Part shown: positions 13,228 through 25,437 of the stretch, piece by piece
How the letters are laid out: each line of letters starts with the position of its first letter
How positions within the stretch are numbered: position 1 is the first letter of the stretch
DNA from: Phaeosaccion multiseriatum
Lineage: Eukaryota; Protista; Ochrophyta, other classes
Direction of reading: 5' to 3'
DNA length: 64,000 nucleotides
Assembly (NCBI GenBank): GCA_965112735.1
Contig: OZ218956.1
Span: 2,852,001 to 2,916,000, forward strand
The notes under the pieces: model-generated
Databases searched by the model: none
What the model was told of the DNA's origin: nothing
The model's input: only the letters and a program-made list of their open reading frames with translations
Program-made: the position numbers and the translations under genes

Positions 13228-14639
13228 ATGATGATGATGGACAATGTTCATGAAAGTGAGTCGAGCCGAGTCACGATTTACGAGGGGGGGCAGAGGCTGT
13301 CTCTCCCTAACAAATGGGGGCCTTCCTCACTTCCTCCCTCCGAGGGGAATCTTCTTGTATTTTGACTTCCGATCTCTCTGTCCACCTCTATATCGCTCCC
13401 TCGGTCTGTCTCCTCCTTGAGTAGCGGATGTTTTCATGGGGATCAGGGCCTCAGTATCTTTTGCCCCTGTCCCTTGCGTGCTTTTATCATCTTGACTGAC
13501 CCCCGCTAGGCTCTGCTGGTGTCGACTTCGACGGGTCGGCTTGGAGCAGCGCAGGCCAGTGGGACCACGGCGATGGCGGTGACGGCGGTGGCAGAAGCGG
13601 AAGTGATTTCTCTATGACGATGGGCCTTTCGGGTGCGTAGTACTCATTGAATAAGTTCCTCTAGCTCCGCAGCCTGGACTGATGGACTCGCTCTTCTTGA
13701 CTCGCGCATACTCATTGGTGCCTTGCTTGCCTGCTCGCAGAGCTGGCCGACAGTGTCCTAGTGACGGCCCATTTTCTCGGCGAGGTGCATAGAGAGGATA
13801 TCAGGTGCGAAGCCAATGGTGCCGGAATGGTGCCGGGGGTCGTCGTGTGTTCGCTCGCCACCTCCTGCTCGCGGGGCAACGACGTATCTAAGTATACCCC
13901 CCTCTCCTGTCCCGCTTTTGTGCACACACAACCACACAACAGCGTGCAGTACAACGCGAGGACGAACGTTGTCAGAGTCCAGGTGGAGCGCTCCTTCCAT
14001 ACCGAGTTCTCCAGGTACATGTACACGCAGGTGGTCGGTGGAAGGGAGAGCCGGGCGACTCGAACGCGCGGGAGTCAGCTCACCTCCAAGTCAGCAAGGC
14101 GAGGAGGCGAACGGGAGTGAGACTTTTGGGTCACGAATTTGCTTCCGAGTAGCCGCGCCTGCTTGTATCCTCTCCAATGCATTCTTCTTCTCTCCCCTGT
14201 CCCCCCACACTCACATGCTCGACCATCGTGCGCCGCAGCTCTTCCTCTCAAGCCGAGCAGTCTCTCTATCTCCCACCCGAGGTCAGGTCGGCGGAGGGGG
14301 TCGAGGCTCAGCTCAGGTAAGAGCGTTGGTTCTTTGCTGTGACGCGCGGTCCTCCGAGAGAGGCGCTCAGACGCATCAACGACCCTGATGGGCGCCTGTC
14401 TCCATCTTGCCTCATGTTCACTTATACTCTCCGTCTACCACCCCCCCTCATTTCGCACTACTTGCTTGTCTGCTTGCCGGCCTATCTGCTTGCGTGCGTG
14501 CCTGCCTGTCTGTCTGCGTATCTATCTGCCTGCCTGCCTGCCCTCTAGTGAGGACGGCCTTCTCACGCTGAGCTTCGCCAAGAATGGCCCTCCGAGCACG
14601 ACTTCCATGACCTCCATCGACGTTGTGGCGTCCTACTAA
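13228..14639 (+). CDS. Divergent small heat-shock protein (HSP20), copy 2
   Basis: Exons encode ELADSVLVTAHFLGEVHREDIS/VQYNARTNVVRVQVERSFHTEFSS/SSSQAEQSLYLPPEVRSAEGVEAQLS/EDGLLTLSFAK..SIDVVASY*. They align with copy 1 and share its intron positions. The 5' exons are uncertain. Confidence 0.72.
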
Positions 14640-15058
14640 GAGCGGAAGGGGCCTGCAGAAGGGGCCTCCCCTTCCCTTCATTCAACCCTCTCTCGCGTGT
14701 CGAGTGTACATAGTGTACATTTAGGGAGGACCGGGGGATTTTTGTTTGTTTGTAAAAAGATGGGTACCTCAAGGATGTAAAAAAGAAACCTCTCTCTCTC
14801 TAAAATGCTCTGCTTTTCGTGTGCGCGTTGAACCTTTGCATCTACACTCCTACTCCTCGCGATTCTATCGACCCCTGACGCACTATCGCCCACATTCTCG
14901 ATAGCGGATAGCAGATCGGCTGGCGCCGGCGATAGCGGGTAGCACGCCCCCACAATCCCCCCCAAAGCCGGCTGGCGCCGGCGATAGCGGATAGCGCGCC
15001 GGAGCGGATAGTGAATAAGGCAGTGAGCGTGAATAAGGCAGTGATTACTTTTAGCCCC

Positions 15059-15076
15059 TTCTCGAAAGATCTTCAA
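15059..15076 (+). promoter_or_regulatory. Candidate heat-shock element upstream of sHSP copy 3
   Basis: TTCtcGAAagATCttCAA is an alternating nTTCn/nGAAn array with mismatches, ~100 bp upstream of the ATG. Confidence 0.45.
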
Positions 15077-15174
15077 AAGAGCTGTTTTTTTTTTCCATCA
15101 AGGCCCAGGCATCACAACCTTTTTTTCAACTGAGATCATCGAATTACAAACAAACAACAACAACAACAACAACA

Positions 15175-16247
15175 ATGTCTTGGGAGCTCGGACAACCGCG
15201 CAGGCAGATGCAGCCCTACCGCCCCATGTTGGTAAGTCAGGCTGCTTGAGACGGAAAAAGGAGAAGTCCTTTTGGCGGTGGGTCCGCCCTTTCATGCTCC
15301 ATCCTCATCTTGCTCCTCTTGCTCCTCTGCTCCCACACAGGGCCAGCTGGATCTCTTCCGCAACATGACGGACCTGTTCAACGGTGAGTGAGGGGTGGAG
15401 CCGTGGCTGGTGGCTGACCGAGGAGAAATAGGGTTATTTATGTAGAGGAGTTGAAGTTGTCCATCTCCGCTCTCCTCTCTCCCTTCCCCCTCCCTCTCCT
15501 TTTTCTCTTCCTCACGCTCTCGCTGCCCTCACACTCTTTTGCCCCGCAGATCTGGACATGGCCATGGCAGCTCCGGGTGGCCTCGGCCTTACGACGCCAA
15601 GGACGGGGCATCGAGCGGGATTGACCGGCATGAACGTGGACGTCAGGGAGACGGATAACAACATCGTCGTGATGGGTAAGGAAATGAGAAAGCTAGGGGA
15701 AAGGCAAGCTCTCATCGTCTCACCATCTCACTCCGGTCAACCCCCCCATTCCAACCCCCTCTTCAGCTGATCTTCCAGGGGTGAAGAAAGAGGACATCTC
15801 TGTGGACTTCAACAGCGACACCCACATGCTCACAGGTGCGGAACTTGCTGCCCCCCTCGTCCGTCAGCCTGTATCTGCAGCCTAACCCCCTCTGTTCGTC
15901 TTGTTGCTCTGGCAGTGAGTGCTCAGCGGGCGGAGGAGAAGGAGGAAGATCGTGGTACCACCCACATCTCCGAGAGGAGCTACGGCCAGGTTCAAAGGTC
16001 CTTCACCCTCCCCGAGACCACGAGCGCCGACTCGGTCAAGGCGGACTACCAAAGGTACGAGCGATACGACTGCGATGGATAGGAAGAGGACTCCATACTG
16101 ACCCCTCTCTTTCCCTCCGTCCCTCCCTCCCTCCCTCCCTCCCTCCCGCGCCGCTTGCCCTCTCCACCCATCAGCGACGGCGTGCTGAAGCTGACCTTCG
16201 ACAAGAAGCCCGTCCACGAGAACATTAAGAAGATCACCATCGGCTAA
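15175..16247 (+). CDS. Small heat-shock protein (HSP20), copy 3
   Basis: Six exons: MSWELGQPRRQMQPYRPML/GQLDLFRNMTDLFN/D..MNVDVRETDNNIVVM/ADLPGVKKEDISVDF..LT/VSAQR..ERSYGQVQRSFTLPETT..VKADYQS/DGVLKLTFDK..KKITIG*. This is a canonical alpha-crystallin domain. Confidence 0.95.
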
Positions 16248-16784
16248 GCAGGAAAGCCTCTTGCCTTTCGTCCGGCGATGAGGCAGAGAGGAAGTGACCT
16301 ATGCCGAGGGGGGCTCGGAAGCCCATGCGCCCAGCAATGTACAGTGTATCAGGGAAAGTAGAGAAGCAAGCAAGCAAGCAGCACGACCAGCTGTGGCCGC
16401 GACAAGGGCCGACTTGTGAACGCACACACATTTTGTATCGTAGTTTTGTGTTTATGTTATGGTGCAAGAGAGCTTAAGAACAAAATAAGAGTAACATTTG
16501 AATGGATTGAGCAGTCCCCACTCCCCCTCCCTCCCCTCCCCCACTCTGTCCACGGCCCTCCTCGTCCTCACCCCCGTCCTGACACCCGCCGTACTTGGAG
16601 CCTGCCCGGGTTGCCCTCCACGTGCCGCGGCTGCAGCCCCAGCTCCTCCCTGCACTTATCACCACGACCGTAGGCTCGCCCCTCACGGGAAATGGAGCAA
16701 AACATTCACCCCCACACCCCTTGCCACGCACACTCTGCCGTCCCATTCCGGCCCCGAGAGCGCTGCCCCCGTCATCACCCGTCA

Positions 16785-17686
16785 TCACCAGGCACACGAC
16801 TGAAACAAGGTCTTGACGCTCTCCTTCTGCTCCTCAGACAGCGTCTTGGGGAACACAATGTTGAACTTGACGTGCAGCGCCCCGTGCAGATCCGGCCTGC
16901 CTCTCCTGGGCATGCCCTCCCCGGCCACCACCATGACCTCTCCAGGGTACGTTACGGACGGCTTATCCAGCGTGACTGCGTGACCGTCGAGATGCTGGGG
17001 AAGGAGGCGAAGGGGGCGGTGGAGGAGTGCAGTGCAGGGGACAGGGTAAGGTGAGGGTGAGGGTGAGGGTGAGGAGACGGCGAGCATTGAAAAGCGAAAA
17101 CGGGTTAGTTTTCTCTTTTCCTCACCACTTCGTTTTAGTTGTTATAAGTCAAGAAAAGGAGAGGGATTAGGAGAGCCACAGAGAGCAACGCGCACACAAA
17201 CATACACACACATACACACACACATACACACACATACATACCTCGAAGGTGATGCTGAAGCCTACCAGCGCCTCCGTGAGCGGAATCTCGTAAATGAGGT
17301 GCAAGTCGTCGTGCCTCCTCACGAATTTCTCGTGCGGCACAGACTCGATGAGCAGTACCAAGTCCCCTGCCTTGTGGCCCGGAGCTTCGTCTGCCACCTC
17401 CTGTGGAATAGACACACACGGGATGGGATCACGCACACAAGAGGGGAAAACGTGGAGGGAGGGAGGGAGGGAGGGAGGGAGGGAGGGAGGGAGGGAGGGA
17501 GGGAGGGAGGGAGGGGGGTTGAGCCTGCCGATACGGTGACAGAAGAGAGGGGGCGGCTGCCGTGGTTGCAGGACAAAAGTGGCTTGCGAAGAATCAGCAG
17601 ACGAGAATGAGGAGGAGGAGGACGAGGAGGAGGCTTCCCCATCCGTGTCTTATCGTGCCATGAAGAGGGGGGTACTGCGGCCGCAT

Positions 17687-17732
<46 letters not shown>

Positions 17733-19790
17733 CTCGAAGACGATGGGGTCGTTGTCCTGCATGCCCTTTTGCACCTCCAGTGTGAGGTTCACGGCCTCCT
17801 TCTCAGTGGCGCCCCCGGGGCAGGCTTTACAGTTCTTCCTCCAGCACTTGCCTCTCGCGATACACTTGTCGTCTTGCACCTGAGTGGGCAGGCAGACAGG
17901 CAGGCAGACAGGCGGGTAGGGGAAGGAGATGGAAGGTGGAAGAGAATGAGTCCGGACGCGCGAGAAAAGAGGGCTCGCTGATGCGGCGCAGAGAGTGATG
18001 ACCACTGGAAATCATCTTAAGAGGCAGCAGGGGCCTGGCAGGAGATACAAACGGGATCGTCCCCGCCTACCCCGCCCCACCCACCCCATCCCATCCCATC
18101 CCACTGTAGATGGAGTGAGAGCCTTCTCTCCACCATGCCCCCCCCCCTTCTCCACCTCCTTACTACATTACTTCCATGTACATGCGTACCTGCACTTGCT
18201 GGATGAAGCCCGGCCCCAGCTGCTGCGTGCGGATGGCGATGCCCGGCCCCGCACACTCCTTACACTCCTTCTCGCAGTCACTCGCCTGTGGGGCAAAAGA
18301 TGGATGGAAATGGCGACAGGCATATGGGTTTGGCAGACCAACGCATCAGGCCACGGACGTTACAGACAGTAGCAACACTGGGAGGGACTGTGGAGTGAGT
18401 ATACGCCTCTGGTCCCCATTCTCGAATGTGCCACTCTGTGGTGAGCGTGCGGTTGTATCTTGGCGATGGGTCGTGCGCGACGAAGCAGAGTATATAGATG
18501 TATTACTCTCTCCTCTGCCACCTCTGCCATGCACTGCTCTCCCCACACCACTCCTCTTGTACGCGTGGAGAGAGAGAGAGAAGAGAGAAGGAGAACAGAG
18601 GGGAGAGAAAGAGAAGAGAGACAGACAAGAGGGAGAGAAACAGAGGAACCCACAGCAGACTACGGGGCAATGCTGGCTGCACTTACCCTTGCGCACATGG
18701 CCTGTCGGTAGTACACAATCTCCAAGGTGGCTCCCACATAGAGCTGGCGCAGGGACACTCGAAGAGGTATCTCTACGTTAGGGGTGCGGCGCTCTTCGTC
18801 CCTGTGGGGAGGGGAAGGCACATGAGGCAAGGGAGGGAGCGACTTATTAGGAGGGTGTGGTTCCATGTTCATGCGACCTTTGGGGGTAGTGCTGGAGAGG
18901 AGAGAGGGGTCAGCAAACAGTGCAAGGCCCCTCCCTGCTGCTCCACTGCATTGTGTCTCTCATTCGGACAGCGACTTCCCTCTCCAGAGGCAGATGAAGC
19001 GTTCAGCCCCGTACGGTCTGCCGTCCTCGTACCGCTCGCTCCTCTACAACGAGCGAGCATTTCCCCCCAGATGCCCACCCCCCCACGCTTGCTCCTTGAA
19101 TCCTCCCCCCCCCCCACACACACACACACACACGCGCGCGCGCGCGTTCACCACAGTTCTCTCTTACCGCCTCCCTCTTCTTCCGAAGCCCCCGAATGGA
19201 TTGAATCCGCCGAACATATCCTCGAAAGGATCCCCTCCTCCGCCCCCCTGCGACTGCTGCTTCAAACCCTCCTCTCCGTAGCGGTCATAGGTTTGCCTTT
19301 TTTTGGTCGAGAATCAAGGGCAGGAAGGATGGACAACCAAGCAAGCGAAGCGCGGAAAGAAGGGGTCAGTCCGGGCAGCATGATGGAAGGAAGGCGTCAA
19401 AGAGCAGGGGACGTTCAGGAGCGTCAGAACGACATCCTGCAACTTTGCATTCCCTCCACACTTGATCGCCCACGCACCCCACGCACTGCCCCAAGGAACA
19501 AGTCCGGTGAGGGGCAAAGCTCACCGCCTGCTGCTGACGAGCGCTCACCTCTTGCTCTCATCCTTGAGAACCTCATACGCGGCAGCCACCTCTGCAAACT
19601 TCCCTGCGGCATCTTCGCCCTTGTTCTTGTCGGGGTGATACATAAGCGACATCTGCCGGTAGGCTGACTTGATCTCCTTGTCGCTCGCTCCTCGAGCCAC
19701 ACCCAGCACTTCGTAATAATCGCGGCCGGCCTTCACCATCACTGCCATGTGTAGCACCATCGCCAGCAGCACGGAGAAGAGGAGAGCCAT
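16785..19790 (-). CDS. DNAJB11: ER-luminal DnaJ co-chaperone ERdj3/DNAJB11-like
   Basis: Signal peptide [21 protein letters not shown]; J-domain ([21 protein letters not shown]); G/F region; Cys-rich segment ([24 protein letters not shown]); C-terminal domain ([26 protein letters not shown]). Confidence 0.88.
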
Positions 19791-20144
19791 GGAGGTCTGC
19801 GGTCTCTCCCTCTGGTGGCGCCTTCGCTTCTTCGAACATCGTTGGCAGGTGGATGCATCCATGGGTGGAGGGAACATCGTGGCCCTGCACCCAGGCAGCA
19901 GCGTATGCCCTCAGAAACTTCCACTCTCAATAAAAGCACCAGCAGCACTCAGCACCCAGCAGCAGAGGAGAGAGAGAGAGAGAGAAAGAGAGAGAAAGGA
20001 GAGAGGAGGGGGGTGTAATTTTTTGCCTCGTGGAAGCTGAGTACCGATTTTTCATGTCGATCTCAATTTTACTGACTTACTCATCGCCCTTCCAGCTCTT
20101 GATCGCCTGAGAGAGAGGAGAGAAAGCCACCCAACCAAGCAGCA

Positions 20145-20568
20145 ATGATTCGCCCTACCTACGCCCGTCTGGCGCGGGTGGTGTCCGCGCAGCCTCGGCA
20201 GGGGTTCCGCTCTTTCTTCTGGTCCAAGGATCCGGACAAGGAAGCGGAGGAGGTGCCGGTTGAGAGGGAGCACCAACCTGTTGACCCCAAGCTTCTGGAG
20301 ATTCTCTGCTGCCCCTTCACCAAGGTTTGCCCTATGTGGAACCAGCTCGCTTCCCCATCGTTATGCTTTGACGTTGTGGCCCCTTCCCCTTCTCCTCCAC
20401 TTGCATCGTCTCACTCAGGAGCCGCTCGCGTACGACAGGAGCAAAGGCGAGCTTGTGTCTGACAAACTCAGTGTGGCCTTCCCCATTGCCGCGGACGGGG
20501 TACCCAATATGATCCCCACCAGTGCGCGGTTCACGAACCAAGCAGAGGGGGACGAAAAGGCGACGTGA
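20145..20568 (+). CDS. Mitochondrial PreY/PYURF (UPF0434, Trm112-like) protein
   Basis: Arg-rich presequence followed by LLEILCCPFTK/EPLAYDRSKGELVSDKLSVAFPIAADGVPNMIP; one intron at ~20325-20419. Confidence 0.85.
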
Positions 20569-21106
20569 GAGAGAGGACAGTGCTTATGAGCTGAGCGATG
20601 GAAAGAGAGGGGCTGCTGCTCCGGTCGTTCCGCGGCTGTGTAGTGGGTCCTTCGCGTCACCCAACAGCCGTAATAGCAAAAGTAGCAGCTGAAGCAGAGG
20701 GCCGGCACGGGAGGCGGAGAGTTAGACCTGAGAGCTTAATTTTTACGAGCGACAGGGCGTGGACACGGTATAGAGTCGGCAAGCAGAGGAGGGAGAGCAG
20801 GACTCTGGTTTTGCTGCTGGTATGATGCCTCTCTCACTCTCGCTGGGCCCCTTTATCCTAGCAAAGGTTGCCTCAGGCCGCCCTTGATTGTCATGTGTCC
20901 CGCCCTGAAGGATGGCCCGGGAGGGCGGGGGAGGTGGAACAGTCGTCTTTGCCCATCATGGCAGAGAGCACGTGGAAGCCGCTGGGCTGCATGCACGAAG
21001 AGCACCCACTGCAGCGCAGCCCTGGAGGCAAAGCACAGCACCCGAGCTGAGACTCTCCCGCTTCAAGGAGACATAGAGAGGAGACGGCCCCAAGCTACCA
21101 CCACGC

Positions 21107-21180
21107 GCCTTTCGGCACAAGAGCCTTTCGGCACAAGAGCCTTTCGGCAAGAGCCTTTCGGCAAGAGCCTTTCGGCAAGA
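21107..21180. repeat. Five tandem 14-16 bp units with core GCCTTTCGGC
   Basis: Directly visible, between the convergent 3' ends of PreY and the large minus-strand gene. Confidence 0.9.
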
Positions 21181-21390
21181 GGAGTGGAGCGGAGGGGCCC
21201 AGGCTGATATGCCACACGGGAGAGAGAAGAGAGAACGAGCCATGCGTAGTGTGGCAAGGGTGATGATAAATGGCAATACGAGTTTTTTTTATTCCGAAAA
21301 GACCCAATTCGAATCGCCACTCGACTGAAAGGACGGGTCGCATGGCCACAAGAGATGTATCTCGTCGGATCTGCCTGTGATGTCTGCAAG

Positions 21391-22762
21391 TCAGCGCCCC
21401 CGCGCCATTCGCTGCCGCACGGGGCTCGCGGTGGCCGGGCGCACCGTCTCCACTCGAATGAGCTGATTGAAGATCTCCTGCTCGCTTGTGGACACCTCCA
21501 TCGACACACAGGCCGGCTGCTGCTGCTCCTGCTGCTGCTGCTGTATCACTAGCTGCTGCTCCTGCCAAGCTCCCTCGCCCCGCCAAAGCTGCCCCTGGTC
21601 GTAGACTGGATCGAGCAGATAGCCCCGACCGGCGAAGCGCCCTGCGACGGGACCATGCTTGGGGAGGCCATCATGCTTGGGGAGGTCCGTGTTTGCGCCT
21701 GTGCTTCCGTTTGCCGAGCCTTTGCCCTCCCTGTGGGTCAGATGCGCCGTCGGACGGGCGAAGGTCACATATCCCTTCTGCGGCTGCGGCTGCGGCTGCG
21801 GATGCGGCTGCTGTACCACCAACTGCTGCGGCTGCTGCTGCTCATGATGAGCGAGCCGGTTGCTGGCCATCGCCTCCTCTAGCGACTGAGACAGCGACAG
21901 GGACTCTGAGAGGGACACGGCTTTGGCCGAGCGCTGATGCTGCCGCCCTCTCTTGCGGTGCTTGTGCTTCTCCTGCTGCTGTTGCTGCTCAAGCGCAGCG
22001 GGTACCCCTTCGTCTCGGGCCAACGCCGCAGCCGTAATGTCCCGCAGCGAAGGGGAAGACGGGCGGAGCGCCGTGCGGGGGGCGCCTGGGGGCCTCGTCT
22101 TGGCGAAGATTGAGCATCGAGATGCGTCCACCACCACGACGGGGGACGGGCATAGGGTACCCGGCTGTATCACCGACTGCTGCTGTTGGTGGCTCTTGTG
22201 GTGCTTGTGGTGGTGCCTGTGGTGGTGCTTGTGGTGGTGGTGGCGGCGGTGCTTCCGCAAGTGTGTGGCACTGCCGCTCTCTGTCATGCTCATGCTCACG
22301 CTGCCGCCCCCTCTGTGGCGCACCGGGCTGTGACTGTTGCTTCCACGCCCCCACCGGTGCTGCTTGTGCTGCTGCCGCCGCCCCTTGTCATCAACCGGAC
22401 ACTCTTGATCAAACGCGTAGAAGCCGTCCACCGCAGCACTGGTCGCCGCAAGAGGAGCACCAGTGCCAGTTTCAGTGCCAGTTGCCTTGGCCGTTGCCCC
22501 CCCCGGGAGGAGGCCGTAGTGCAGCTTGCGATGCGTAAGTTCGGCCCTAAAGTCCTCCTCCCTCGCACTCAGCACAGCCAGAGGGGTCCGCGGTACCCCG
22601 TCCTGGTCAAGCGGAAAGGCGAGGTTTCCGGTGTCCTTGGCTATTGCAACGTCGATGGCGAGAGGACCGGGGGATTCGGCGGCCTCCCCTGTCGCCCCCC
22701 TTCTTCCTCCTCCTCCTCCTCCTCCTCCTGCTGCTGCTCCTCCGCCACCTCCTCCTCCTCCC

Positions 22763-22825
<63 letters not shown>

Positions 22826-25404
22826 TCTCCATATCCGTGTGGCTCCTTTCTGATGAGGCTGCCACAGCTTGACACTCCACACGCTGTGTAGGTGCCTGGT
22901 TTCACGCAAACCGTGGCTTTGCTCGCCCCCGCTGATGATGCCGCCGCACTACCGGAGTTGGCTGTAGTAGCAGTCGCCAGCGAGGAGGTCAGACTCCTCT
23001 CCTCATCGCCGTGCTTGCCCTGGTCTTCGAAGACCTGCTGGTGCTGGTGCTGCTGCTGGTGCTGCTGCTGCTGCTGCGCAAGTGGAGAGGGTGAGGTCTC
23101 AATGGGGTTGTGGCGCGCCGCTTTAACTCTCTCCCCGAGGTCGGACGCTGCGCCTCTTGCCTCGGCCGCGATGGCGCTAAAGTACGCCATCCTCACCCGC
23201 TGTCGTTTCTCATTCGCGGCTTTCAACTCCTCACTCTCCTCCTTCCCTGCATCAGCGAGGATGCTGATGGTGGTGCTGCTGACGCCGCCCCCAGCACCGC
23301 CGCGTCTCGCCCCACTCTCTCCTCCTCCACTACTTCCACTGCCATCTTCTGGCCCGTATACCTCGGATGCCCTGCGTATCTGCCTCTGCTTCATGCTGTG
23401 CTCATCAAGGCGAGGGTCTGCCGCAATGCGCTGGAGCTTGGGCAGGATCTTGGCTCTGTGCAGACGAAGCAGCGTAGACGTGTGTGGTGACATGGCGGCT
23501 GATTGTGCCACCGCCACCACCTCTCTAGTCAGCGGCAGCGACAAGGAGCTGTCCCCCAGCACAATGGCGGTCATCTCAACCCCCCTACCCTCCTCAAACA
23601 CGGGGAAGAAGCGCAGGTGGTCCTTACTCAGCCTCGCCAGCGCCACAGCCGCCCTATACCGAGCCTGCGCCACCACCCTCTGCACACTCGCGCTCAAGGG
23701 TAAGCCCTCTGGATAACCAACCGGTCCAGGCGTCGCCAGGACCCCCACCAACACCTGCACGGCCTTGTAGCGGTCGCTCAGGATGAAGTCATTGGCCACG
23801 CCCACGTCTCTGTCGAACGTGTTGGCGATGCGCGCCACAATATTGGCAATCTCTCCCCGGCAGCGCAGGGTGTTGACCGCCGTCCTTGCTGCGGCTGGAA
23901 GCTGCGCCTGGTCGGCATCGGCTGCTCGGTAGCCACCTCCCCCGCCCCCTCCGGTGCCGGTGTTGGAGCTGGTGTGACGGAGGCCTCTGGTGTGGCCGAG
24001 GCCTCGGCCGTCCTCCCAATGCACATGCAACGCTAAACGCTCCAGGCTCCGCTTGAGAAGGCCGCTCGTCATGAGCAGCCTACGACCCGCGGAGATGCTG
24101 GCTAGGTTGGAGAGCACGCGGAAGAAGGTCCAGGGCAGCTGCACAAGCTTGCACGTGGCGGCGTCCGAGGGGAAAGGCGGCGTGGAGAAGCCTCGCCAGA
24201 AGGTGCGCACCCCCCGGGGCTCAGGCCTTGCTCGCTGTCGTCTTGCTGTCGTCGTTGGTCGCTCAGCGCCGCCATCCCCTTCCCCTTCCGCTTCTCCCTT
24301 GCTGCTGCAGTCCTTCTCTCCTCCTCCTTCTCCTCCTCCTCCTCCTCCTCCTCCTCCTCCTCCTCCTCCTCCTCCTCTGTCTTCCTGCTGTCTTCGTCTC
24401 CTTGACGGGTTACCGCTGGAGCTGCTCTCGTCCATGGCGGCTAGGGCTGCCTCCCCCCTGTTGACAATGGCAGGCACCATGGGAACGAGCCGCAGGAGCG
24501 CCTTGACGAGATCGTAGTTGTCCAGCAGATTGCTCGTGGTGATGTTGCTGCTCATGAGCCGAGAAAGGGCCAGGCAGAGGTTGTGGATCATAGGGATGTC
24601 GTCCGTGAAACTGGGGCAGCGGTCAGGTCAGCAGGGCACATGAGGCCGGGGGGGGGGGAGGGGGAGGAGAGGAAAAGGGGAGGGAAGGAGGGAAGGGGAA
24701 GTGCACCAAGCAAAGGATGACAAGAAGCACAAACAAGGGAATGGATGTGAGATCGAGAAGAGAGGAGGAGGGGTACACATGTCGCCAAGTAGAGAGGGGA
24801 GGATTAGCACGGCACATCAGCGGGTTGTTCCACCCACCCCTCCTCTCCCCTCCCCTCTAGTGGGGCAGTACCAACAAGTCCGCCAAGTCCACTACGCAAC
24901 GCAACCTCCCATGCTACGCCGCCCCAGCCCCACACGCAATCACAGAGTCGACCGCCGACGGAGCACTGACTTACGAGAGCGTGGTGAGGAGCGGCTGAGC
25001 AACATTTCGCACAATCCTCTGCAGGATGGGCACCGCCACCTCCTGGGGCATGTAGGCCCCCTCGGGCTCGGGCTTAAGAAGGCCCGTCACCACCTCATCC
25101 TCCTCCTCAGGGGATGGCAGTGGACAGAGCGTGGCCAGGCAGATGGAGGCGCAGCTGACACACAGCACCTGCTGGCGGAAGAAGTAGGACTCCGAGTCGG
25201 CAACACAGGGCACCTTGAGCATGATCGAGAGGTCCTGAATGGCGTTGGTGGTCAGCACGCAGTCCACAACGGCACTCAGAGCGGCGCTGGCGGGCTCCGT
25301 GGGGGCGCTCGCCATGACTGCCAGTGCCCTGCAGCCGAGCTGCACGCAGAGGAAGGCTAGCTGGACCATGGCACTTACTCCTGTCGCCGCCGCGCCTGTA
25401 TCAC

Positions 25405-25437
<33 letters not shown>

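Noticed and set aside
21107-21180. Palindromic tandem repeats as a CRISPR array (also 45410-45900 and 61374-61595)
   Set aside because: There are no unique spacers and no cas genes, and the context is eukaryotic.
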